Below are positions 53,635-62,767 of a DNA stretch of 64,000 nucleotides, piece after piece (the first letter of the stretch is position 1; every line of letters begins with the position of its first letter). This stretch comes from Alphaproteobacteria bacterium. GTDB taxonomy: Bacteria > Pseudomonadota > Alphaproteobacteria > UBA828. The translations under genes and the position numbers were made by a program. The notes under the pieces are model-generated. The model was not told the origin of the DNA. It did not search any database and worked only from the letters and a program-made list of their open reading frames with translations. The DNA is taken from positions 8,972 to 72,971 of the forward strand of contig CBDCRW010000001.1 in the NCBI GenBank assembly GCA_965221125.1, in the 5' to 3' direction.

Positions 53635-54606
53635 ATGGAAGCCGTGACCTGGTTCGTGCTCGTGATCGACGCGACGCTCCGCGTCTCCACGCCGCTGATC
53701 CTCGCCGCCTTCGCCGGCATGTTCGCCGAGCGCTCCGGCGTGGTCGACATCGGGCTCGAAGGCAAGATGCTGGGCGCGGCCTTCGCCGCCGCCGCGGCCG
53801 CCTACGTCAGCGGCTCGGCCTGGGTCGGCCTGCTCGCAGGCATCGGCACCTCCGTGGCGCTCGCCATGGTGCACGCCTTCGCCTGCGTCACCCACCGGGG
53901 CGACCAGGTGGTCTCCGGCATGGCGCTCAACATCCTGGTGGCGGGGCTCGGCCCCGTGCTTTCGCTCGCCTGGTTCGGCCAAGGCGGGCACTCGCCGCTG
54001 GTGGGCGATACGGCGCGCTTCCGCCCGATCCACTTCCCCTTCGCCGACCGGCTGAGCGACGTGCCCTTCCTCGCCCAGATCTATTCGGAAATCGTGAGCG
54101 GCCACAACCTGATCGTCTACCTCGCGCTCGGCATGGTGCCGCTGGCCGCGTGGTTCATCTACAAGACCCGCTTCGGGCTGAGGCTCCGCGCCGTCGGCGA
54201 GGCGCCGGCGGCGGTGGACACGGCCGGCATCTCGGTCGCCGGCATGCGCTATCGGGCGATGATCGTCTGCGGCATTCTGTGCGGCGTCGCCGGCACCTCG
54301 ATCTCCATCGCCCAGAACGCGCTCTTCGTGCGCGACATGACGGCGGGCATGGGCTACCTCGCGCTGGCCGCGCTCATCTTCGGCAAGTGGCGCCCGGTGC
54401 CGACGCTCTTCGCCTGCTTCCTCTTCGCCTTCGCCGACGCGGTGCAGGCGCGGCTGCAGGGCGTGGACATCCCCGGCGTCGGCGTGATTCCGGTGCAGGC
54501 GATCCAGGCGCTGCCCTACCTGCTCACGGTGCTGCTGCTCGCGGGCTTCGTCGGCAAGGCGGTGCCGCCCAAGGCAAGCGGCGTGCCCTACGTGAAGGAG
54601 CGGTAA
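53635..54606 (+). CDS. ABC transporter permease (nucleoside/sugar type)
   Basis: ATG 53635 lies inside track ORF 53059..54606. It has the FAERSGVVDIGLEGKM motif and is polytopic. Confidence 0.8.
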   Translation: MEAVTWFVLVIDATLRVSTPLILAAFAGMFAERSGVVDIGLEGKMLGAAFAAAAAAYVSGSAWVGLLAGIGTSVALAMVHAFACVTHRGDQVVSGMALNILVAGLGPVLSLAWFGQGGHSPLVGDTARFRPIHFPFADRLSDVPFLAQIYSEIVSGHNLIVYLALGMVPLAAWFIYKTRFGLRLRAVGEAPAAVDTAGISVAGMRYRAMIVCGILCGVAGTSISIAQNALFVRDMTAGMGYLALAALIFGKWRPVPTLFACFLFAFADAVQARLQGVDIPGVGVIPVQAIQALPYLLTVLLLAGFVGKAVPPKASGVPYVKER

Positions 54607-54667
54607 CCCGCATTCCTCACCAAGATTACGCAGACCGTAACCCTGGTGAGAAATGCGGGCCAGACCG

Positions 54668-55291
54668 TCAACCGAAGTCGGGCATCGTCGCGACGGCGCT
54701 CTCGCGTTGGTCGATGGCGGCGTGCCAGCGGGCGATGTTGGCGCGGGGCGCGAGCAGGTCCGCGCCCTCCGGCGTCATCTGCAGGTAGTGCAGCACGGGC
54801 AGCACCATGTAGTCGGCAATGGACGCGTCGTCGCCGGCGAAGTGCGCCTGGCCCTCCAGCGCGCCGTCGAGCGCATTGAGCGCCTTGTCGGACTTGGGCA
54901 CGCTGCTCGCGACCAGCGCCTCGTCGGGCTCGCCGCCCTGCGCGGGCACGATCAGGCGCTGCAGCACGATGTCGATCGCCGGCCGGTAGAGGTACTGGAT
55001 GAAGACCGACGTCCACTGCCAGCAGCGGGCGTTGGCGAGCGGATCGGCCGGCTGCAGGGGCGGGCCGTCGAACGCATGGTCGATGTAGTTGCAGATCGCC
55101 ACCGATTCGTACATGCGCACGTCGCCGTGGGTCATGGCCGGCACCGAGCCCCAGGGCTGCATCGCCTTCTGCTCGTCCGACTGCGGCGCCAGCGGGTCGA
55201 GCTCGTAGGGCACGCCCTTCTCCCTGCACGCCATGCGGCAGGTGCGGACATAGGTGCTGAGCGGTATGCCGTGGATAATCAGCGTCGCCAT
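54668..55291 (-). CDS. glutathione S-transferase family protein
   Basis: Trimmed to ATG 55291. MATLIIHGIPLSTYVRTCRMA, PAMTHGDVRMYESVAICNYI (thioredoxin-like GST N-domain) and an alpha-helical C-domain are present. Confidence 0.75.
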   Translation of the reverse strand: MATLIIHGIPLSTYVRTCRMACREKGVPYELDPLAPQSDEQKAMQPWGSVPAMTHGDVRMYESVAICNYIDHAFDGPPLQPADPLANARCWQWTSVFIQYLYRPAIDIVLQRLIVPAQGGEPDEALVASSVPKSDKALNALDGALEGQAHFAGDDASIADYMVLPVLHYLQMTPEGADLLAPRANIARWHAAIDQRESAVATMPDFG

Positions 55292-55473
55292 CGTTCTCTC
55301 CCCTGGACTGGCGCCGGCAGGCCCCGCCTGCCTCGATCGAGCGCTTATCTTGCACATCCTGGCCCCGGCTGCACCGGGAACGCATGGGGATCGCGAAGCG
55401 GGGGAGCGTTGTTCGCCCACCGGGCGCTGACTATGCTCACGGCGGGAGTGAGGCGGAGCTCGGGGGGCGCGGC

Positions 55474-57726
55474 ATGCTGACGATCACCGGCTATTCCGAC
55501 CGGATCAGCGTCCGGCCGGGCGAGACCGTCAAGTTCATGGTCAACTGCGAGCATCCGACCTACCAGGCGGACATCGTGCGCCTGATCTGCGCCGACGCGA
55601 CGCCGGCCGGGCCGGGGTTCAAGGAGAAGCTGGTCCGCTCGTCCGTGAGCAAGCGGCGCAAGGGGCGCCCGCAGGCGATCCACGCGGGCTCCTACGCGCT
55701 GGTGGAGAGCCGGCCGCTGCTGGAGACGCTTGGCAGCTTCACCGTCCAAGCGATGATCTGGCCGACCACGCCGGCCAAGGGTGCGCAGGGCATCGTGACC
55801 AAGTGGGATCGGCGCGGCCCGAAGGGTTTTGCGCTGATGATCGACGACGCGGGCTCGGTCGCGCTCCGCCTCGGCATGGCGGACGGGACGGTGGAGACGG
55901 TCTCGGTCGGCAAGCCGCTGCTGGAGCGCCACTGGTATCTCGCGGCCGCGAGCTACGACGCCGGGACGGGCCGCGTCACTGTCCACCAGGAGCCGCTGCT
56001 GCCGTATGCGCGGGTGAACGACGGCGGCACGGCGAAGCGCACGCTGGGGCCGGCCGCCGCCAACAGCGCTGCGCCCATCGTCATGGCCGGCGTCTTCAGG
56101 CGGCGGCAGAAGGGGCGGACGCTGGTGGACGGCCTCTACAACGGCAAGATCGATTCGCCCCGGCTGGTGGGCCGCGCGCTCGACCGGCTGGAGATCGAGC
56201 GCATGAGGAACGAGGCCATGCCGGCCTCCATCGCGCCGGACGTCCTCTGCGCCTGGGATTTCTCGCGCGACATCACGTCGATCAGGATCTCCGATCGCTC
56301 CCCGCACCACGTCGACGGCGAGATCGTCAACCTGCCGGCGCGCGGCATGACCGGCTGGAATTACTCGGGCGAGGAGATGTGCTGGCGCCACGCCCGGCAC
56401 GAGTACGGCGCCATCCACTTCCACGACGACGACCTCTACGACGCGGGCTGGGAGGTCGACTTCGAATGGCAGGTCCCGGCGCGGGTGGCGAGCGGGGTCT
56501 ACGCCGCGCGGCTGCGGGCCAGGGGCGCCGAGGAATACGTGCCCTTCGTGGTGCTGCCGGCGCCCGGCAAGGCGGCGCGCATCGCCTTCCTGCTGCCGAC
56601 GGTCGAGTACATGGCCTACGCCAACGAGCACATGGCCTTCGACGGAGCGCTCGGCGAGCTGCTCACCGGCCAGCTGCCGACGCTCAATCCCAACCAGCTC
56701 TTCCTCAACGAGCACCGCGAGTACGGCGCCTCGCTCTACGACACCCATTCGGACGGCAGCGGCATCTGCTACTCGTCGCGGCTGCGCCCCATCCTCAACA
56801 TGCGGCCGAAGGTTGAGACGCCCTGGGCCTGCGTCGGCGAGGACGCGACCAACGCGCGCGAGTTCATCCTCGACATGTACGTGGAGGACTGGCTCACGCA
56901 CTACGGCTTCGAGCATGACGTCATCACCGACGAGGACGTGCACCGCGAGGGCATCGACCTGCTCAAGCTTTACAACGTGCTGATCACCGGCGGCCACCCG
57001 GAGTACTACTCCAAGGCCATGCGCGATGCCGTCCACGGCTTCACGCAGCAGGGCGGCCGGCTGATGTACCTCGGCGGCAACGGCTTCTACTGGCGCGTCG
57101 CCATGCACGAGGAGCTGCCGGGCGTGATCGAGGTGCGCCGCTGCGAGGCCGCGATCCGCACCTGGGAGGCGGACCCCGGCGAGTACTATCACAGCTTCAC
57201 CGGCGAATACGGCGGCATCTGGCGCCACCAGGGGGACTTCGCGCCGCAGCGGCTCACCGGCGTCGGCTTCGTCGCCGAAGGGTTCGACAAGTCGTCGTAC
57301 TACCGGCGCATGCCCGGCAGCTTCGACCCCCGCGCGCGCTTCATCTTCGAGGGCATCGGCGAGGACGAGCTGATCGGCGACTTCGGCTATCACGGCGATG
57401 GCGCGGCCGGCAACGAGCTGGACGGCACGGACCCGCGGCTCGGCACGCCCCCGCACGCGCTCCTCCTCGCGCGCTCGGAGAACCACACCGACCTCTACAT
57501 CGTGGTGAACGAGGAGGTGCTGGTGAACCACTCCGGCCTCGGCGGCACCGAGCACGAGAAGGTCAAGGCCGACATGGTGTTCTACGAGACGCCGAACGGC
57601 GGCGCGGTCTTCTCGGTGGGCTCGATCTGCTATCCCGCGAGCCTGCCGTGGAACGGCTACGACAACAACATCGCGAAGCTCACGACCAACGTGCTCCGCC
57701 GCTTCGCCGACCCCGAACCGTTCTGA
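55474..57726 (+). CDS. N,N-dimethylformamidase large-subunit-like protein (LamG-like + DMFase beta C-terminal domain)
   Basis: Trimmed to ATG 55474 (MLTITGYSDRISVRPGETVKFMV). The LamG-like block is FTVQAMIWPT...GIVTKW...GFALMIDD...HWYLAAASYD...YNGKIDSPRL. The C-terminal block is LLPTVEYMAYANEH...LITGGHPEYYS...GGRLMYLGGNGFYWR. Confidence 0.65.
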   Translation: MLTITGYSDRISVRPGETVKFMVNCEHPTYQADIVRLICADATPAGPGFKEKLVRSSVSKRRKGRPQAIHAGSYALVESRPLLETLGSFTVQAMIWPTTPAKGAQGIVTKWDRRGPKGFALMIDDAGSVALRLGMADGTVETVSVGKPLLERHWYLAAASYDAGTGRVTVHQEPLLPYARVNDGGTAKRTLGPAAANSAAPIVMAGVFRRRQKGRTLVDGLYNGKIDSPRLVGRALDRLEIERMRNEAMPASIAPDVLCAWDFSRDITSIRISDRSPHHVDGEIVNLPARGMTGWNYSGEEMCWRHARHEYGAIHFHDDDLYDAGWEVDFEWQVPARVASGVYAARLRARGAEEYVPFVVLPAPGKAARIAFLLPTVEYMAYANEHMAFDGALGELLTGQLPTLNPNQLFLNEHREYGASLYDTHSDGSGICYSSRLRPILNMRPKVETPWACVGEDATNAREFILDMYVEDWLTHYGFEHDVITDEDVHREGIDLLKLYNVLITGGHPEYYSKAMRDAVHGFTQQGGRLMYLGGNGFYWRVAMHEELPGVIEVRRCEAAIRTWEADPGEYYHSFTGEYGGIWRHQGDFAPQRLTGVGFVAEGFDKSSYYRRMPGSFDPRARFIFEGIGEDELIGDFGYHGDGAAGNELDGTDPRLGTPPHALLLARSENHTDLYIVVNEEVLVNHSGLGGTEHEKVKADMVFYETPNGGAVFSVGSICYPASLPWNGYDNNIAKLTTNVLRRFADPEPF

Positions 57727-57737
57727 GGACCGCCATC

Positions 57738-58271
57738 ATGCCGGGCTATGTGATCGCCGATGTGACCGTGACCGATCCGGAGACCTACGCCGATTACCGG
57801 GCGTTGACGCCGGGCTCGATCGCGGCCTTCGACGGGCGCTTCTTGGTCAGGGGCGGCGAGCACGAGGTGATCGCCGGCGGCTGGACGCCGGGCCGGCTGG
57901 TGCTGGTTGAGTTCGACAGCCTGGCGCGGGCTGCGGCCTGGTACGATTCGCCGGCCTACGTGGAGGCGCGGGCGATCCGCCAGCGCGCGTCCACCGGCAC
58001 CATGGTCATGGCGGAGGGAGACAGAGCGGCGAAGGGCGAGGGCTGCGTCTACGCCATCGTGCGTCACGGGAGCGATGGCTCCGGCCTCGGCCTCGCGCAA
58101 AGCGGGCGCGTCCTGGTCTCGGCGCGCACGCCGGAGATCAAGGAGGGGGTGTGGAGCGGCGCGCGCCTGTCCGTGCTCGAGTTCGACGACCGCGCGGCCG
58201 CGGCGGCCTGGCGCGCGGCGACGGACCTCGGGCAGTCGGGCAGCGAGGCGGTTCTGGTCGAGGGCGCCTGA
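57738..58271 (+). CDS. DUF1330 domain protein (one clear copy plus a degenerate second copy)
   Basis: MPGYVIADVTVTDPETYADYR...RFLVRGGEHEVIAGGW.PGRLVLVEFDSLARAAAWYDSPAY is a canonical DUF1330 domain. The second half repeats the ...LSVLEFDDRAAAAAW pattern. Confidence 0.65.
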   Translation: MPGYVIADVTVTDPETYADYRALTPGSIAAFDGRFLVRGGEHEVIAGGWTPGRLVLVEFDSLARAAAWYDSPAYVEARAIRQRASTGTMVMAEGDRAAKGEGCVYAIVRHGSDGSGLGLAQSGRVLVSARTPEIKEGVWSGARLSVLEFDDRAAAAAWRAATDLGQSGSEAVLVEGA

Positions 58272-58287
58272 GCCGGCTTAGGCCCGC

Positions 58288-59505
58288 TTAGGCCGGCGCG
58301 GCGACGATGCCGCGGTCGTGCAATGCCCCGATGGCGCCGTCGCCGAGGCCCAGGACCTCCGCGAGAATCTCGTCCGTATGCTGGCCGAGCCGCGGCCCCG
58401 GCCTGACAGCCTCGCGCGGGGCGGCGGCGAAGTCCAGCGGCGAGCCCGGCGTGAGCATAGGCCCGATCCCCGGCTGATCGATCCGCTGGAACAGCGGGTT
58501 CGCGGTCGAGCAGAAGGGGTCTTCCTCCACCATCTGCGTGTGGGTGCGGAAGGGGCCCCAGAGCACGCCGGCCTCCGTCAGGCGGGCGCCGACCTCCTCC
58601 AGGCTCAACGCCGCGAACCAGGGCTTGAGCGCGGCGCGGAGCTGCTCCCGCACCTTCCAGCGGTCGGCCTCGTCGGCGAGGTTGACGCCGTGCTCCGACT
58701 CGATCGCCTTGAAGGCGTCCGTGAGCCCGCTGGCCTGGCCCAGCGCCTTCACATGGCGCGGCGTCACCACCACCAGCATCACGCGGCGGCCGTCCCGCGT
58801 CGCGAAGTCGCCGCCGAAGGTGCCGTACATGTCGTTGCCGATGCGCGGCCGCTCGGCACCGTTGATCTCGACATCGCCGATGTAACCGAGCGAGCCGGTG
58901 ATGTGATAGGCCACGTCGGCGAGGCTGAGCCGTATCTCCTGCCCTTCTCCCGTACGACTGCGGTGGCGCTCGGCCGCGAGCAGGCCGACGGCGGCGGTGA
59001 GCCCGCAGGTCAGATCCCAGCCGGGCAGGACGTTGTTGATCGGCTCGTCCAGGTCCGCCGGCCCGGTGACGAAGGGCCAGCCCATGCGCGCGTTCACCGT
59101 GTAGTCGACCGCGACCGTGCCGTCCGGGTTGCCGATGATGCGGAGCATGATGAGGTCGGCGCGGCGCGCGCTCAGCGTCTCGTAGGAGAGCCAGTCGCCG
59201 ACCCCCAGATTGGTGAGGAAGATGCCGGCCTCGGGCCCCGGCGCGGTGATGAGGGCGGCCACCAGCTCGCGCCCTTCCGCCTCGCGCAGGTTGACGGCGA
59301 AGGAGCGCTTGCCCTTGTTCATGCCGGCCCAGTAGATGCTCTCGTTCTCGGGCGTGACCGGCCAGCGGCGATAGTCGAGGCCGCCGCCGAGGGGGTCGAA
59401 GCGGATCACGTCCGCCCCCATCTGGGCGAGGGTCATGCCGCCGAGCGGCGCGGCCACGAAGGCCGAGCCCTCGACCACGCGCAAGCCCTTGAGGATACCG
59501 TTCAC
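58288..59505 (-). CDS. family III CoA-transferase (CaiB/BaiF-like)
   Basis: GLRVVEGSAFVAAPLGGMTLAQMGADVIRFDP and NKGKRS motifs are present. The product is 405 aa. Confidence 0.8.
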   Translation of the reverse strand: MNGILKGLRVVEGSAFVAAPLGGMTLAQMGADVIRFDPLGGGLDYRRWPVTPENESIYWAGMNKGKRSFAVNLREAEGRELVAALITAPGPEAGIFLTNLGVGDWLSYETLSARRADLIMLRIIGNPDGTVAVDYTVNARMGWPFVTGPADLDEPINNVLPGWDLTCGLTAAVGLLAAERHRSRTGEGQEIRLSLADVAYHITGSLGYIGDVEINGAERPRIGNDMYGTFGGDFATRDGRRVMLVVVTPRHVKALGQASGLTDAFKAIESEHGVNLADEADRWKVREQLRAALKPWFAALSLEEVGARLTEAGVLWGPFRTHTQMVEEDPFCSTANPLFQRIDQPGIGPMLTPGSPLDFAAAPREAVRPGPRLGQHTDEILAEVLGLGDGAIGALHDRGIVAAPA

Positions 59506-59592
59506 GGCCGCGCCTCCTCGTTCCTACCGCTCCGCCCCGGTGTCGGGGCGGCCGGCGGTGCGCGCGCTGTGTAGTCGCCATTCAGGCGGCGA

Positions 59593-62500
59593 TCAACCGT
59601 CGCTTTCGCTGGGCTGCAGGCGGGGCGCGCGGTCGTCGTCGACGGAGCGCTCTCCCGCATCCGGCGCACGGCCGAAGAACGCGGCGATATCGCGCTGGAT
59701 GGCGATCAGGCAGGGCACGAGGATCAGCACGATCGGCGTCACGCCGAGCAGGCCGAAGACGATGGTGACCGCCATCGGCTTCAGGAACTGCGCCTGCAGG
59801 CTGGTCTCGAAGAGCAGCGGGGTCAGGCCGAAGATGGTGGTGACCGAGGTCAGGATTACGGCGCGCAGGCGATCCCGCGCGCCGCCGACGATGGCCTCGT
59901 GCAGCGGCTCGCCGGCCGTGAGGCGGTCCTGCATCGCGCGCACCAGGATGATCGAATCGTTGACCACGATGCCGGAGAGCCCGAGGAGGGCCACCATGCT
60001 GAGCACCGTGAGGTCGTAGCCCAGGAGGAAGTGCCCGGCGACGGCGCCCACCGCGCCGAAGGGGATCACGGCCATGACCGCGACGGGCCGCCAGTAGCTG
60101 GCGAAGACCCAGGCGAGGATCAGATAGATCGCGATCAGGCCGACCATGGCGCCGGTCTGCATGTCGCCGAGCGTCCTCGCCTGCTCCTCGGCCTTGCCGC
60201 GCAGCAGGATGCCGACGCCATGTTTCGCGGCCACCTGCGGCAGCTCCTCGATCTCGAGCGCGCCGAGGACTTCGTCCGTCGTGGTGATCGATTCGTCGAT
60301 CTCGCCCGTGACCGCGACCATGCGCTGGCCGTCCTCGCGGCGGATGCGGGCGAAGCCGGCCTTCTCGTCGAAGCTCACCACTTCGGCGAGCGGCACCTCG
60401 ACGCCTGCGGGGCTGCGCACGTAGCCGCGCCGCAGGTCGGCTTCGGTCAGCCCGTCGTGTGGCAGACGCACACGGATGGCGACTTCCTCGTCGCCCCGCG
60501 CGAAGCGCTTGGCGATGACGCCCTCGAACGCGGCGCGCACCTGCCCGGCGGCGCTCTCGGTGGTGAAGCCGAGGGCGCGGCCGCGCGGGCTCACGGTGAG
60601 GATCGTCTCCCGCTTGCCGTAGGGCGTGTCGTCCTCGATGTCGCTCACGCCGGGGAAGCGGCCGAGCAGCGTGCGGACATCGGCCGCCGCCGCCTTGAGC
60701 GCGCGGACGTCGTCGCCCGTGACGCGGATGTCGATCTCGCGGCCGGGCGGCCCGGCCTGGCGCTCGAGGATCGTCATGGTCTCGAGGCCGGGCATGGGGC
60801 GGACGCGGCTGCGCCATTCCTCGATCAGCGTCTGGGTGCGGATGGCGCGCTGATCGGCGGGCCTCAGCTCCACCCGCATGGCGCCGATGTGATCGCCGGT
60901 GCCGAGGAAGAACTCGTTGGGGCGGCCCGCAGGCTTGCCGATCTGACCGAGGCTCATGGCCACGAGGCCGCCGGCGCCGCCGGTCAGCTCCGCCTCGGCC
61001 TCGTTGAGCGCGCGCTCCAGCTCGCGCACCATGGCGACGGCGGTCTCGCGCTTGGTGCCTTCCACGAAGGTGACGTTGGCGAGCACCGAGTCCGATTCCG
61101 GCGAGGGGAAAAAGACGAAGTTCACGCGCCCGCCCGCGATCAGGCCCACGAAGACAAGGAGGAGCCCGATCGCGATGCTCATGGTGAGGTAGCGCCAGGC
61201 GACGCAGCCGCTCACGATGCGCGCGAACGGCCCGTCGCGGAAGGCGTTGAAGCGCGGGTTGAACCAGCGCGCGAAGCGGTTCTCGGCCTGCGGATCGCTC
61301 TTCAGCGCGACGCGCAGGTGACCGGGCAGGATCAGGAAGCACTCGATCAGGCTCGCGATGAGGACGCAGATGATCACCAGCGGGATCGCGCGGATGATCT
61401 GGCCGATCAGGTCCGACACCATGAGCAGCGGCAGGAAGGCCGCGATGGTGGTGAGCGTCGCCGCCATGACCGGCGCCAGCATTCGCTGCGCGCCGCGCTC
61501 GGCCGCGCCCACGGCGCCGGCGCCGGCCGCACGGTGCGTGACCGCGTGCTCGCCCACCACGATGGCGTCGTCCACGATGATGCCGACCGCCATGATGAGC
61601 CCGAACAGGCTCACCATGTTGATGGACTGGCCAGCGAGCATCATCACGCCGATGGTGGCGAGCAGCGAGACCGGGATCCCCACCGTGACCCAGAAGGCCA
61701 CCCGTGCGCTCAGGAAGACGAAGAGGACGATGACGACGAGCGCGAGCCCGCTCAGGCCGTTGCGGAGCAGCATGTTGATGCGGTCGTCGATGAGCTCCGC
61801 CGCATCGTCGTAGTGCTCGACCACCAGCGTCGGCGGCAGCGTCGGCTTCAGCTCGGCGATGAAGGTGTCGAGGATATCCGCCTGCTCCAGCGCGTCGGAG
61901 GTGGGCGCACGGCGGACCTGCAGCTCGATGGCGGGGTAGCCGGCCCGGAACGCGACCGCGTCCCGCTCGTTGAACCGGTCGCTGATCGCCGCGATGTCCT
62001 GGAGGTGGACCTTGGCGCCGTCTTGGCGCGCGATGACCTCGACCTGGCCGATCTCCTCGGCCGTTCGCGCGAGGCCGAAGCTGCGGATCTGCTTGTTGGT
62101 GCCGGCGGGCACGATGCCGGAGGGCAGGTCGACCGAGCTCTTGCCGATTCTTGCGGCGATGTCGCCGAGGGTGAGGTCGAGCTGTCTCAAGTGCCCTTCG
62201 CCGACCTCGACCCAGATCTCCTCGCGCCGGCTGCCGAACAGATCGACCTTGTCGACGCCGGCGGACAGCAGCCGCTCGCGAATGTCCTTGGCGTGGGCGC
62301 GGAGCGCGGCCTCGGAGAAGGGCCCTGAGATGACGACGTTGCCGATGCCCTCGTAGGTGTAGATGCGGGCCACCACCGGCTTCTCGGCGTTCTCCGGCAG
62401 CGTCTCGACCCGGTCCACGGCGTTCTCGACGTTGGCGAGCGCGGTATCGAGATCCGTCCCCGGCTGGAATTCGATGACGATGGAGCCGACGCCTTCGACC

Positions 62501-62766
62501 GACTGCGAGACGACGCGCTTGACGCCGTCGAGGAAGCGGACTTCCGGCTCGATCGCGGCGACGACGTTGGCGTCGACGTCCTCGGCGCTGGCGCCGGGCC
62601 AGGTCACGCTCACCGAGATCCAGTCGATGCCGAAGGTCGGAAAGAACTGGGTGTTCATGCGCATGAGCCCGAGCGCGCCGAACAGGATCATGAGCACCAT
62701 CAGCAGGTTGGCGGCCGTGCGATGACGCGCGAAGAACGCGATCAGGCCGCGACCGGGGCGGGTCAT
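59593..62766 (-). CDS. RND-family efflux transporter permease (AcrB-like)
   Basis: The product is 1057 aa. It has the IAFFARHRTAANLLMVLMILFG N-terminus, two large periplasmic loops and 12-TM periodicity. Confidence 0.88.
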   Translation of the reverse strand: MTRPGRGLIAFFARHRTAANLLMVLMILFGALGLMRMNTQFFPTFGIDWISVSVTWPGASAEDVDANVVAAIEPEVRFLDGVKRVVSQSVEGVGSIVIEFQPGTDLDTALANVENAVDRVETLPENAEKPVVARIYTYEGIGNVVISGPFSEAALRAHAKDIRERLLSAGVDKVDLFGSRREEIWVEVGEGHLRQLDLTLGDIAARIGKSSVDLPSGIVPAGTNKQIRSFGLARTAEEIGQVEVIARQDGAKVHLQDIAAISDRFNERDAVAFRAGYPAIELQVRRAPTSDALEQADILDTFIAELKPTLPPTLVVEHYDDAAELIDDRINMLLRNGLSGLALVVIVLFVFLSARVAFWVTVGIPVSLLATIGVMMLAGQSINMVSLFGLIMAVGIIVDDAIVVGEHAVTHRAAGAGAVGAAERGAQRMLAPVMAATLTTIAAFLPLLMVSDLIGQIIRAIPLVIICVLIASLIECFLILPGHLRVALKSDPQAENRFARWFNPRFNAFRDGPFARIVSGCVAWRYLTMSIAIGLLLVFVGLIAGGRVNFVFFPSPESDSVLANVTFVEGTKRETAVAMVRELERALNEAEAELTGGAGGLVAMSLGQIGKPAGRPNEFFLGTGDHIGAMRVELRPADQRAIRTQTLIEEWRSRVRPMPGLETMTILERQAGPPGREIDIRVTGDDVRALKAAAADVRTLLGRFPGVSDIEDDTPYGKRETILTVSPRGRALGFTTESAAGQVRAAFEGVIAKRFARGDEEVAIRVRLPHDGLTEADLRRGYVRSPAGVEVPLAEVVSFDEKAGFARIRREDGQRMVAVTGEIDESITTTDEVLGALEIEELPQVAAKHGVGILLRGKAEEQARTLGDMQTGAMVGLIAIYLILAWVFASYWRPVAVMAVIPFGAVGAVAGHFLLGYDLTVLSMVALLGLSGIVVNDSIILVRAMQDRLTAGEPLHEAIVGGARDRLRAVILTSVTTIFGLTPLLFETSLQAQFLKPMAVTIVFGLLGVTPIVLILVPCLIAIQRDIAAFFGRAPDAGERSVDDDRAPRLQPSESDG

Positions 62767-62767
62767 C

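Noticed and set aside
59532-59551. A perfect GC hairpin (CCGCCCCG-GTGT-CGGGGCGG) between the RND permease stop and the CoA-transferase start, and a weaker one at 44083-44109, as intrinsic terminators.
   Set aside because: Neither is followed by a U-tract on the relevant strand. They could be Rho-dependent or mRNA-stabilising structures, but there is no further support.
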